Positions 36,328 through 46,021 of a DNA stretch of 64,000 nucleotides are shown in pieces; the first letter of the stretch is position 1; each line of letters opens with the position of its first letter. The DNA comes from Vairimorpha necatrix. Taxonomy: Eukaryota. The stretch is from NCBI GenBank assembly GCA_036630325.1, contig CP142733.1:744001-808000 (forward strand). Reading direction: 5' to 3'. A program made the translations under genes and the position numbers. The notes under the pieces were generated by a model. That model saw only the letters and a list, made by a program, of their open reading frames with translations, was not told the DNA's origin and made no database searches.

Positions 36328-36439
36328 AAAAATGGCATAGTTTTTGTACGCTCACGGCGCATTTTATCATCTTTTATCTCATCCTTATTGGAAGAAAAAT
36401 GGCATAGTGCTTGTACGCTCACGGCGCATTTCTTCATCT
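36328..36439. repeat. Two ~45-bp direct repeats (period 67 bp) in the Helitron 3' non-coding region
   Basis: AAAAATGGCATAGT..TTGTACGCTCACGGCGCATTT at 36328 and 36395. Confidence 0.85.
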
Positions 36440-36447
36440 CTTGGCTC

Positions 36448-39400
36448 TTATGGGCCAATTAGTTCACGTAGAACTACATTTTTGACATTGCCCCTGTTTC
36501 CCCCCAACTTGACTCTCAAGTTTTCACTCTTCTTCACTCTTGACAAAGCTACGTATAATTGACCATGAGAAAATACATCCTCAGGCAAATACACTCCCAC
36601 TTTGTCAAAAGACTGTCCCTGTGCTTTATGTATTGTCATCGCATATGACAATACCACAGGAAACTGTCTTCTTTTAAGTACAAACGGAAGAAGAGTGTCA
36701 CTTGGCATCATGTCTATCTTTGGTATAACAGCAAGGGTGCCCCTTCCCCTTCCTGTTATTATTTCACCTAAGATGTAATTATCTTTAAGACCTTTTATCT
36801 TCAATCTGGTCCCATTTAATAATCCATTCTTAGGATCAATATTGCGTAACAACATCACTATTGCCCCTATCTTCAATACTAACTTATGTGGAGGAAGTCC
36901 TGATGGCTGTTGCATGTTCAAGAACTCAAGAGGAAATCTCAGTTGTTCTTCGATATCCTCTGATTCTATAGCATCAGAACTCACATATACCCTCGAAGGT
37001 CCTTTGAGAAGGTTTAACACTTTGGCATTCAATTCATTTGCATGTTCATTTTTGCTCGTTAAGATAATCTTATCAAACAAAGAATCATCACCTGCTTCAA
37101 TTTTGATTGTTCCAAAAATGCTATCGACTATGTCCCCTTCTTCAAGATATTCTTTGGGTATCTCCACACATCCTTTACTATCTCTAGTACGCCCCTCACC
37201 TATATCTAACAACCACTTATTAAACTCCAATTGATTATAAGATCTCATGTTCGTTTCAAGCTTTAGTACACAGACATGTACCCAAAGTCTTGAACTAATT
37301 AATGAGTTCTCGATGATATCATTTGGAGTACCCTTCATTACAATGGTTGATGTCTGTCTAAAGTCACCACCCAACAATAAGGTCTTCCCTCCAAAGATAT
37401 CATTATTATTACAGAGTCTTTTAAGCACCTCATCTATTGCGTCCAATGCATGTTTTGACATCATCGAAACTTCATCTATCAGCAATAATGAGGCCTTTAT
37501 TATTCTCTCTGCTTCTGGAGTATTTTGCTTTAGTCTAGATACGCTGGTCTCTGTCAAAGGAACAGGAAGTTTCATACAACTATGCATTGTTCTTCCATCC
37601 TTTAATAAATCTGCAGCAATACCTGTGGTTGCCATCTGTATTGAAGATTTTTTACTCTTACTTAGATACTCGATCAGGACATTATATAAATATGTCTTTC
37701 CTGATCCAGCTGGTCCATCTAAAAAGAATAAATTGCCTCTTTTATCTATATTATCTGTAATTATATCAAAGGCATTTCTCTGGTTTTCATTCAAAGAGGA
37801 TATCATCTGATCTAGATCTTGTTCATTATCAAAGACGGCTCTTTCATTCTTGATATAGTTAATCGGCTCATCTAAACCCAGAGCATTTAAGCTCCATCCA
37901 TGAGCATTAACTATATCTTTTAATCTACTTAATATTTCGTCTCTACTATTCTGATCTAGATCTTCAGACATATCTCCAAGATACTTCTCAAAGAGTTCTT
38001 TGGTATTTTTAGGCTTATTGAAAGCACAAATATATCCAAACAATGCTCTTATTATTGATGGGGACTCGGTTGATACAGCCTCATCCAAAGCCCTTTCCCA
38101 TTCTTTATCATCTTGAAGAAGTCCTCTTTCTTCCACCGCCTCTGCGAAAGAACTGTAAACTACACCATTTACAGTTCTCAAATCCTCATATGACTTAACC
38201 CCCTTTACATTGATCAATAGAACTCTGAGGCTAAATCTTTCCTTCTCTATTGGAGATACAGAATAAAGTCTAGTAATTATCTTACTATACTTATTCTTTC
38301 TCCTAATCCATTCTCCCCTTTTATATGTATAGTGATAGGGTATCTCACTATACGAAAATCGATGTGCTCCTTCATCAACTTCATTCAATTTGAAGTAGGC
38401 TAAAAGAGGAGTCTGTCTAAGATCGGACAATCTAACGGCTTCCTCTTCTCTGCCTTCTTCGAAAGTGATCAATTGTTCTTGTGGAAGATGCACAGGAAGT
38501 CTATGGATCTTATGAGATCTTCCATGCATCTTGTATTCCATTAATCTCCAGGTAGCCTCTGGTGCTGAGACATATCTGGAATTCACAAAATGATCAATTT
38601 CATTGTTGTCAGTTATTCTCATTTCAGCACAATCAAATCCCTTGTAAATATACTTAAAAATATACTTTACTGACTTGATAGAAGTACAAACTTCTACATT
38701 GATATGACAATTGTATTTTTCAAGTAGATAAGCATTATAAGGGACCACGTTAGCATTAGTAACAATGTTGCCCCTTACATTGTACTCGGCCCCTCTAGAT
38801 CGTCTGTACTCAGGATATCCGTCTTTATCGATCCTTGTTTCAGTATTATGTTCCTTAGGATATTCCTTAGTGCAGAGACCATTTTCCATACATGGACTTG
38901 TCAAGTTACTTAGTCCACATGGTCCATGAATCATATGTTTTGTTACACAGGTGTGTAACACTTCATTTTCCATGGGCGATGGTATTTCTGCACTTACAAA
39001 CTTATCTATCATATTTTCATCCCGAATCTTGTCCTTTAACATTATCAATATATGTGCATGAGGAAGTCCACGTTTTTGAAACTCAATAGAATAGACATGA
39101 GCCACGACTTCCCCAAACACTCTTCCTGCCAAAATCTCTTCCATCATACTTTTCAACTTTAAGTTAAAGACCTTTGCTACCAAATCTGGTCTATCAACTG
39201 CTGTCTGTCCCTCAAATAGATTCTCATTAATCTCCTTCCATTTGGGATTGCAAGTCATAGTTATAAAAAGATCGGGCTTGCCGAAATTTCTTACAATTGA
39301 CATTGCATCATGGTATCTCTCTCTCATATTTCTTGGAGATCCTTGAAAACTTGATGGTAAGATCACGGGCTTGGCAGAACTTTCTGACCCATTATTTACA

Positions 39401-40752
39401 TAATCTACCAAACCTTTGTAAAGATCTACCCTCAACTTCTTTTGATTTAATTTTATGAAGTTTAAATTATTTGCTTCTACTTGTAGATATGAATCTACAA
39501 TCCATTGTTGAAACAACTTTCCTCCATAAAGCAAAGGGTTGAATCTATCTTTTCTTATGGATATCTGTGCTACTTTGTATTGTAACAAAGATATCTTCTG
39601 TGCCTCTCCTAGATAAGACTCCAGCCTCAAATTTGCATTCCATCCAGCTTCGCCATGTGGATAGAACAAAGTATATGTCATTGGATCTAAATGTGGACTT
39701 AAAATATCCAAGTGTAAATTATCAGAATTAAAACCCTTGCTATATACTTTAATGTCCCTCTCAAATGGGGGTTCTCCATTTGGATCAGTGAAAATCATTG
39801 CGATTTCACTTGTAGAGGGAGCATTATATCTTCTCTGATCTCTATCTAAATTCTTATTAAAGACCATAGAAATGTCTTTAACTTCTTTCCCCACTTCCTT
39901 TTGCTCCTTTATTATTTCAGACATATTTTTATACGCATTGGAATATGGATTGGCTGATCTTATAAATCCATCTAATTTGCTCATGATATATATATCACAA
40001 TTTCTATTAGATGGATTCGTCATTCTTTGTGAGTTTGCCATATCACTATCCACTACATATAATTGGGCATATTTCTTTGGTGTATTAGATTCCATATTAT
40101 TTACATTATAAGTGTTATGATACACTTGTCCATGTATTTTGAATACATATGGACCATTAGACACAGTTTCTATTTGAGCACCAAGAGAAGCAAAAGAAAG
40201 AGCAGCATTGTAAGATCTAATATTTTCTTTGAAGTTCTTTCCATCTTTATCTTTTCCAATGAATAAATTCTTAATCTCATTTGGGAAGTTTCTAGTTCTT
40301 TGTAATTTGACTTTCCCAAAATGACAGCAGCTTTTGTATAATCCATTACTGCTTGCTTCTCCAGCAAAATGTAATGCACCACAAAAGGCACATTCTTCTT
40401 TCAGATCTCCACAATAATGTTCGGCGTGGTTTCTGCTAGTAATTCTGCAAGCTAGATCTAGTTTTTCTGTCAAAGTTTGCATTGTTGTGTTATCTGTTAA
40501 TCTAGCTGTTTTTTCTGTGCTGTTTGTTGGATTAAGAATTGTTTTGTTTTCGCCAGAGAAACTGAATATGAAATTCCTTTTTTTTGTTTCTCTGACATTT
40601 GTTTTTTTATTTTTTGTGTTATGTACAGAGGCATTGGCCCCATAGAAAATAACATTGTCATTTTCAGTATTACTACATATCTCCTGAGAGATAGTGATAG
40701 TTGCTTTTGGTTGTTCACTAAAATCGCAATTTGTTTGATTTTTCGTAAACAT
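36448..40752 (-). CDS. Helitron RepHel transposase (Zn finger, HUH Rep, PIF1-like SF1 helicase)
   Basis: CAFCGALHF..CC, PDLFITMTCNPKW, EFQKRGLPHAH, KYIFKYIYKG, DGPAGSGKT, IDEVSM, GDFRQ, QFPVVLSYAMTIHKAQGQS, HGQLYVALSRV; CCCCC-ATT-ATG start. Confidence 0.96.
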   Translation of the reverse strand: MFTKNQTNCDFSEQPKATITISQEICSNTENDNVIFYGANASVHNTKNKKTNVRETKKRNFIFSFSGENKTILNPTNSTEKTARLTDNTTMQTLTEKLDLACRITSRNHAEHYCGDLKEECAFCGALHFAGEASSNGLYKSCCHFGKVKLQRTRNFPNEIKNLFIGKDKDGKNFKENIRSYNAALSFASLGAQIETVSNGPYVFKIHGQVYHNTYNVNNMESNTPKKYAQLYVVDSDMANSQRMTNPSNRNCDIYIMSKLDGFIRSANPYSNAYKNMSEIIKEQKEVGKEVKDISMVFNKNLDRDQRRYNAPSTSEIAMIFTDPNGEPPFERDIKVYSKGFNSDNLHLDILSPHLDPMTYTLFYPHGEAGWNANLRLESYLGEAQKISLLQYKVAQISIRKDRFNPLLYGGKLFQQWIVDSYLQVEANNLNFIKLNQKKLRVDLYKGLVDYVNNGSESSAKPVILPSSFQGSPRNMRERYHDAMSIVRNFGKPDLFITMTCNPKWKEINENLFEGQTAVDRPDLVAKVFNLKLKSMMEEILAGRVFGEVVAHVYSIEFQKRGLPHAHILIMLKDKIRDENMIDKFVSAEIPSPMENEVLHTCVTKHMIHGPCGLSNLTSPCMENGLCTKEYPKEHNTETRIDKDGYPEYRRSRGAEYNVRGNIVTNANVVPYNAYLLEKYNCHINVEVCTSIKSVKYIFKYIYKGFDCAEMRITDNNEIDHFVNSRYVSAPEATWRLMEYKMHGRSHKIHRLPVHLPQEQLITFEEGREEEAVRLSDLRQTPLLAYFKLNEVDEGAHRFSYSEIPYHYTYKRGEWIRRKNKYSKIITRLYSVSPIEKERFSLRVLLINVKGVKSYEDLRTVNGVVYSSFAEAVEERGLLQDDKEWERALDEAVSTESPSIIRALFGYICAFNKPKNTKELFEKYLGDMSEDLDQNSRDEILSRLKDIVNAHGWSLNALGLDEPINYIKNERAVFDNEQDLDQMISSLNENQRNAFDIITDNIDKRGNLFFLDGPAGSGKTYLYNVLIEYLSKSKKSSIQMATTGIAADLLKDGRTMHSCMKLPVPLTETSVSRLKQNTPEAERIIKASLLLIDEVSMMSKHALDAIDEVLKRLCNNNDIFGGKTLLLGGDFRQTSTIVMKGTPNDIIENSLISSRLWVHVCVLKLETNMRSYNQLEFNKWLLDIGEGRTRDSKGCVEIPKEYLEEGDIVDSIFGTIKIEAGDDSLFDKIILTSKNEHANELNAKVLNLLKGPSRVYVSSDAIESEDIEEQLRFPLEFLNMQQPSGLPPHKLVLKIGAIVMLLRNIDPKNGLLNGTRLKIKGLKDNYILGEIITGRGRGTLAVIPKIDMMPSDTLLPFVLKRRQFPVVLSYAMTIHKAQGQSFDKVGVYLPEDVFSHGQLYVALSRVKKSENLRVKLGGNRGNVKNVVLRELIGP

Positions 40753-41369
40753 AATGGGGGTAAAGAAAAAAAAAAGTATTTATAGTTTTTAAAATTAAAA
40801 TTCCATTTTGGGAAAGAAGAAAACAAAAATGAGAAAATGATTTTTTATAAATAGCTTTGATATTAGTCTAAATATTAATTAATTGAGTTTGTTATTCAGT
40901 TGATAAATTTCTAATGTTTGTAAATCAACTTTATTATGTTTGTTTCTTGTTTTGATTTTTGAATTTCCATTTCTGGTAGGAAGAATTAAAAAGGAGCAAA
41001 TGTGATTTTTAGAAGTTAAGTATTATTATTGAATCAACATAGCAGTGGTAAAGTTAATTCAGTAACAAATTTTAATCCAATTGAGTTAATTTCACACATT
41101 AGTAACAAATTTTTTCTACATTTTGTTTCATATTGTTTTTGTTTTCTTTTTCTAAAAGGAAGAAATTATAAAGGAGAAAATCATATTTCTAATAATTTCA
41201 AAAATGATTTATATACAAAATATAAATAATGTATCTGGTCTAAAATTGTCTATAAAATACAGTGAAAGCATTTAATTTTGTTTTAAAACAAAAATTTTAC
41301 CATTTTAAATTTTCTCTTTTTTTGAGTTTTAGGGGTAAAAAATTAAATAAAATTCTTTTATATATATGA

Positions 41370-41550
41370 TGTTACCTTTGTTTGAGCATTTTCTCCCATT
41401 TCGTCGTAAGTAACAACGATATTTGTATAATTATTTCTAATTTTGGTCATGGGTGTCATGCACTTATTGCACATTGGCACCTTTAATATATTTTTTTCAA
41501 GAAGAAATAAAAATAATTCCTCTTTTTTATATATTAATTTTCTAAAATTT
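41370..41550 (-). pseudogene. Merlin transposase N-terminal zinc-ribbon part, upstream of the Helitron
   Basis: Reads ..ELFLFLLEKNILKVPMCNKCMTPM.., then after a 1-nt shift near 41430, YKYRCYLRRNGRKCSNKGN-I, which joins in frame to YKESIFKSSRL when 36239-41369 is removed. Confidence 0.8.
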
Positions 41551-41557
41551 TTTATTT

Positions 41558-41688
41558 TCCCTCTTTTTTTTATTTTTTCCCCCTTTTTTTATTTTTCCCC
41601 TTTTTTTTATTTTTTCCCTTTTTTTTATTTTTTCCCCTTTTTTTTTATTTTTTTAGGGGTGGGGGGGGGGTAACATCGCAATTTAACC
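41558..41688. repeat. Right Merlin TIR with about five subterminal repeats
   Basis: ...GGGGTGGGGGGGGGGTAACATCGCAATTTAACC then TSD. Confidence 0.9.
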
Positions 41689-42046
41689 TTTTTTTCAAAT
41701 ATGGTGAATTTAAAGAGATTTTTTTTGTTCTATAGATATGTTGATTCAGATTTTCTATGCATATGAGTTAATTTAAGCATTCTACGGTCGTTAGTTACTA
41801 TGGAAATTTCTAAATTCGTACGCACCAAAGTTTTAATAGTCTGATTTTGCTTTTGTCTCCCAAGCCTCCACTTATATCTGACCAACTATTTACTCCCCAT
41901 AAACCTTATCGTATGGGCTTTTAATAAAAGAAAATACTCTTAAATTTTTTAATTTAAATAAATTTGGCGTATACTCTCGCAATTAAATTGTTTCAGTTTT
42001 TTTTATTGTGTATTTTGTTTTTTTTCGGTCACCGTTTGTTTGCATT

Positions 42047-42789
42047 TGTTGAGAATATAGATTTAATAAATTTGACCCTTAACTTACAATTTGTTTTTAA
42101 CATGGTGGAGAATAAAATTATTGAACCCAAACAAAAACAAAAGAAGGGATCGTAAGAACCGTCGAAGCATGAGACGTAAAAAAATGCAGTCTAGGTTAGA
42201 AAGGGGATGGTTGGTTGTACAGAAGAGAAGGTGATGGCTTGCATCAGTCGAGGGACCCGGATAGGTGAAGACGTAAAGTAGCTATAAAGAGCTATGGAGA
42301 AACAGTATTGACTGTAATAAGATCTGGCATAAGAGTTGTCGAGATTGAGTGTAGGGGTAATCCCACTATTCACATTAAAGCTATCGTGGTAAGATAGTTG
42401 AACCAATAGTGTTCAAAAATCCAGAGAGATTAAAAAGAGAAGAAAATCAAAAAGAAACTGTGTTATAGTCGAAGAATGAGATAGACGGAAAAAATTCGAT
42501 TTCATTGTTGGGAAGACATGTGTAAAGAATAATTACATGCCCATAGACTACATGTATTAAAACAGGGGAAAAAAGTTCCTCGAAGACCAATACTAGAGGT
42601 GATTGTAAGACGCGGTAGAGTAAGCGCAGCCCATGGTCAGTTAACATAAAAATGCACTTTTATTTTGAGAGCCCAGTAGGCGTAGGAAGTATTAAAGATA
42701 ATTTCATCGCCCAATTCTGAATTTAGCGCGGGGATGTTGAGAATATAGATTTAATAAATTTAACCCTTAACTTACAATTGTCTTTAACA
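42047..42789 (+). mobile_element. Non-autonomous TRIM-like LTR element, copy A (743 bp)
   Basis: LTRs 42047-42102 and 42735-42789 (TGTTGAG..TTAACA), PBS TGGTGGAG at 42103, PPT GCGGGGA. Flanks do not match (GCATT/AATAG). Confidence 0.85.
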
Positions 42790-42844
42790 AATAGAATGTA
42801 AGTTAATTGCTTATTTTTTTAAAATCTCATCTATTCAACAGTAT

Positions 42845-43587
42845 TGTTGAGAATATCTATTTAATAAATTTAACCCTTAACTTACAATTATCATTAACAT
42901 GGTGGAGAATAAAATTATTGAACCCAAACAAAAAATAAAAGAAGAGGTCGTAAGTTACGTCATCGCATGAGACGTAAAAAAATACAGTTTAGGTTAGAAT
43001 GGTGTTGATTGGTTGTCTAACAGAAGAAAGGGGATGGCTTGCATCAGTCGAGGGACCCGGATAGGTGAAGACGTAGAGTAGTTATGAAGGGCTATGGAGA
43101 AACAGTATTGACTGGATTAAGATCTGGCATGAGAGATGCACAGATTTGTGTAGTGGTAATCTCACCATTCACATTAAAGCCATCGTGGCAAGATAACCGA
43201 ACAACAAGTGGTAAAAAATCCAGTGAGATTACAAAGAGAAGAAAATAAAAAAAAAACTGTGTTGTAGTTGAAGAATGAGTAAGATGGTTAAATCCGAATT
43301 CATTGTTGGGAAGACATGTGTATAAAAAAATCCCATGCCCATTGACTTTATGTATTATAACTTGGAAAGAAAGTACAGCAAAGACCAGTACTAGAAGGGA
43401 TAGTAAGACGCGGTAGAGTAAAGCGCAGCCCATGGCCAGTTAACATAGAAATGCTCTTTTATTTTGAGAGTCAAGTAGTAGGCGTAGGAAGTAGTAAAGA
43501 TGATTACATCACCCAGTACTAAATTTAGCGCGGGGATGTTGAAATATTTATTAATAAATTTTGCCCTTAACTTCCATTTTTTTAACA
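42845..43587 (+). mobile_element. Non-autonomous TRIM-like LTR element, copy B (743 bp)
   Basis: LTRs 42845-42899 and 43537-43587, PBS TGGTGGAG at 42900, PPT GCGGGGA, TSD AGTAT (42840-42844, 43588-43592), interior homologous to copy A. Confidence 0.88.
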
Positions 43588-44539
43588 AGTATTATAAAAC
43601 ACTTATCATAAAATTCCAATAATCACTAAAAGCATGACAATTCTATGATCTATAGAGTTAAAGTTATATTGCTTGCAGAATATTATTACTATAAAAACAC
43701 CAATGCAATATTAAGTATATTTATCTCGTCAATTATCAATAATATATACACTGATCTATTACTTTTTATTGACAAAGTAGTTTTAGTAGCGTAAAGTTTT
43801 AAATGTATATAAACGATCGCTAGTTTTTGTATCTTGCATTTCATATTGAAAGAAATATTGAGGTTTTTTTATTTCGTAGAGTTACCTAAAACATAAATTG
43901 TTAAGGAAGTATTCGGTTTTTTTATATGTATATTATAATTCTCAGATTTAAATTAAAATTCTTTTCTTTTGTATTGAAATATAATCTACAGATTCTGAAA
44001 ATTATATCTCATTTTTAAAATAATTGACTTTAAAAAATATTGATAAAATTATGTTTCACTTTCTTATCCAAAGAAATATTTTTATCTTGAGATTTTTCAT
44101 TGCATTATGTGTCAAACGTTTTAATTAGTTGGCTTCTGTCAAAACTTTCACTTAAAGACTTTTATGTCAGAAATAAATCATTTATGGTTTTTATGATTAA
44201 TACATTTGAGAGTAATGATGGGAATTTTTCGTACGCTTTTTCTTTTTCTTAGAAACATTTGTATATAAGTTGAATATTTTGTGATTTATATAAAATTTGT
44301 AGTATTTAAATTTGTTTTTATATAAAAAGTAGTTATTTTTTCGTATATTTATTTAATAATATAATTTTTTATTGTATCTATCTAATTAATGATGAAATAA
44401 ATTAAATGTCAAAATTGAATTTATAATATGATTAACATAATATTTTTCTTTTATAGTTTTTTTAAAATGAAAGATTACAACAATCATAAAAAAATGTTTT
44501 GCATTTTTTAGCTATTTAAAAAAATTATACAATAGCCCC

Positions 44540-45499
44540 ATGTTATTTTTTATTTTTCTTATTGTTGCAATATTTTGTACGCACAAAATTTTTGTTGTAC
44601 CGGATAATGATAATGCGTATGTTTACATATCTTTAAAACTGAAAGATTTGCCCGGGACTTATATAATTCGCGAACTATTGGGTGAAAATTGTGTAAAGGA
44701 TTTCATAACCCCCAATAATCAAACAATAAAATCAGAAGATAAAACTAAACTACATTATTTCAAGCAAATAACACCAAAAGAATATAACCTTTTAAAACAT
44801 TTTTTAGACTGTTATAAAATCATTAACATTAAAGATAGAAAAAACGTTGAATTTTTTATGAAAGAGGTTGTCTTAGCAGTAGCAAAAATTCCAACAAAAA
44901 AAAATTATTTTATGTTTGTGATGAAATCAAAAAATTATGTTACTGTCGACACATATTCAAATAGTAAAAAGTTTACATTAGACAAATTTCCTAGATTCTA
45001 TTCTATAAAATTATTTACTTCCTATGATTTCAAAGAGGATAAGAGGTCTCATTTTATTCCTTCGTTAAACAAAAATGCATTGTTAAAATTTTCTGAATAT
45101 CAAACTATAAATGAAGAGAGAGAAAAAATTAATAAAAATCTCATATTTAAATTGCAAAAAAGAGATAATGGAGGAAGCGAAGAATATCTAAATACAAGAG
45201 CAAATGCTAAATTCCTTAAGTATTCAACGATTGATACAAAAATATCAGAAGTAGACGATAGTTTTGAATATCGAACGCCCGAACAATACCATAAAATTGA
45301 TAATGAAGCTGATTTTAATGCACAGGAAACCCATGAGAAAGTACAAACACCATCCATGAACAGAAGTAGATTGAATGGCTTATTTTCATCAGTTCAAAAT
45401 TTGTTTAAATTAAAGGATTCTAGCAATCATAATGGTGCCAGCAGAAGAAATAGAAGATGGTTGTCAAATTCCGATTTAAACCAAAGTTCTAGGCGGTGA
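44540..45499 (+). CDS. Family-A putative secreted protein
   Basis: CCCC-ATG, MLFFIFLIVAIFC, IFVVPDNDNAYVYISLKLKDLPGTYIIREL, colinear with 33226..34137. Confidence 0.85.
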   Translation: MLFFIFLIVAIFCTHKIFVVPDNDNAYVYISLKLKDLPGTYIIRELLGENCVKDFITPNNQTIKSEDKTKLHYFKQITPKEYNLLKHFLDCYKIINIKDRKNVEFFMKEVVLAVAKIPTKKNYFMFVMKSKNYVTVDTYSNSKKFTLDKFPRFYSIKLFTSYDFKEDKRSHFIPSLNKNALLKFSEYQTINEEREKINKNLIFKLQKRDNGGSEEYLNTRANAKFLKYSTIDTKISEVDDSFEYRTPEQYHKIDNEADFNAQETHEKVQTPSMNRSRLNGLFSSVQNLFKLKDSSNHNGASRRNRRWLSNSDLNQSSRR

Positions 45500-45966
45500 T
45501 AACAAAAGGCTTTATTTATTAGTTGAATATTTAGATTTCATAATTATATATCAATTCAATGAGCTCTATAATCGGCATTTTAATCAATATTTAGAATAAA
45601 AACGCTACTATTATACTAGACTAAATGTGATACAATCTTGGTTATTTTGATTTAGTACGCAATTAATAAAATAAAGTATTTTTAACGATTCGATGTAACA
45701 TTATTTAGCATATTTTTTTTTATTTTACAATAAAATGATACCCTCTAGTGAGAGAGCCAAAACGAAAATATTGCACCTTTAAGGAGCAAATAAATGAATG
45801 TTTTAAAAATTGAGTTATTGATTTTAGAATTCATCATTGTGGTTCCCTTGCTGTTTACATTGATATGTGATTCTTATTTTAATTTCTCTTTCATCGTACC
45901 CTTTTATAAATATTTTTTATCTATAAAAATATAATTTCTAGAAAATTCAGATTTGCTAAATATTGA

Positions 45967-46021
45967 TGTTGAGAATATATATTTAATAAATTTAACCCAT
46001 AACTTACAATTATCTTTAACA
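45967..46021 (+). repeat. Solo 55-bp LTR of the TRIM-like family
   Basis: TGTTGAGAATATATATTTAATAAATTTAACCCATAACTTACAATTATCTTTAACA, flanks ATTGA/ATTAA. Confidence 0.8.

Larger units (their letters stand above)
36239..41369 (-). mobile_element. Autonomous Helitron (5131 bp)
   Basis: 5'-TCATATATATAAAAG, 3' hairpin ACCCGTTCT-C-AGAACGGGT 13 nt before the CTAG end, inserted between A and T, no TSD, intact RepHel ORF. Confidence 0.93.
35324..41688 (-). mobile_element. Merlin (IS1595/IS1016-like) DNA transposon with a nested Helitron
   Basis: TIRs start GGTTAAATTGCGATGTTACCCC at both ends, 8-bp TSD TTTTTTTC (35316-35323, 41689-41696), DDE transposase inside. Confidence 0.9.

Noticed and set aside
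35607..40752. A novel two-gene transposon (DDE transposase plus RepHel) as an evolved unit
   Set aside because: The Helitron termini fall inside the transposase gene and split it, so nested insertion explains the arrangement; composite mobility is left as a testable possibility only
42191..43588. Short minus-strand ORFs inside the TRIM-like elements
   Set aside because: Frames and stops differ between the two copies
42047..46021. Recurring ~55-bp repeat that could suggest a CRISPR-like array
   Set aside because: Spacing is irregular and long, and the repeats have TG..CA ends with PBS, PPT and TSD, so they are LTRs; no cas genes; eukaryotic context
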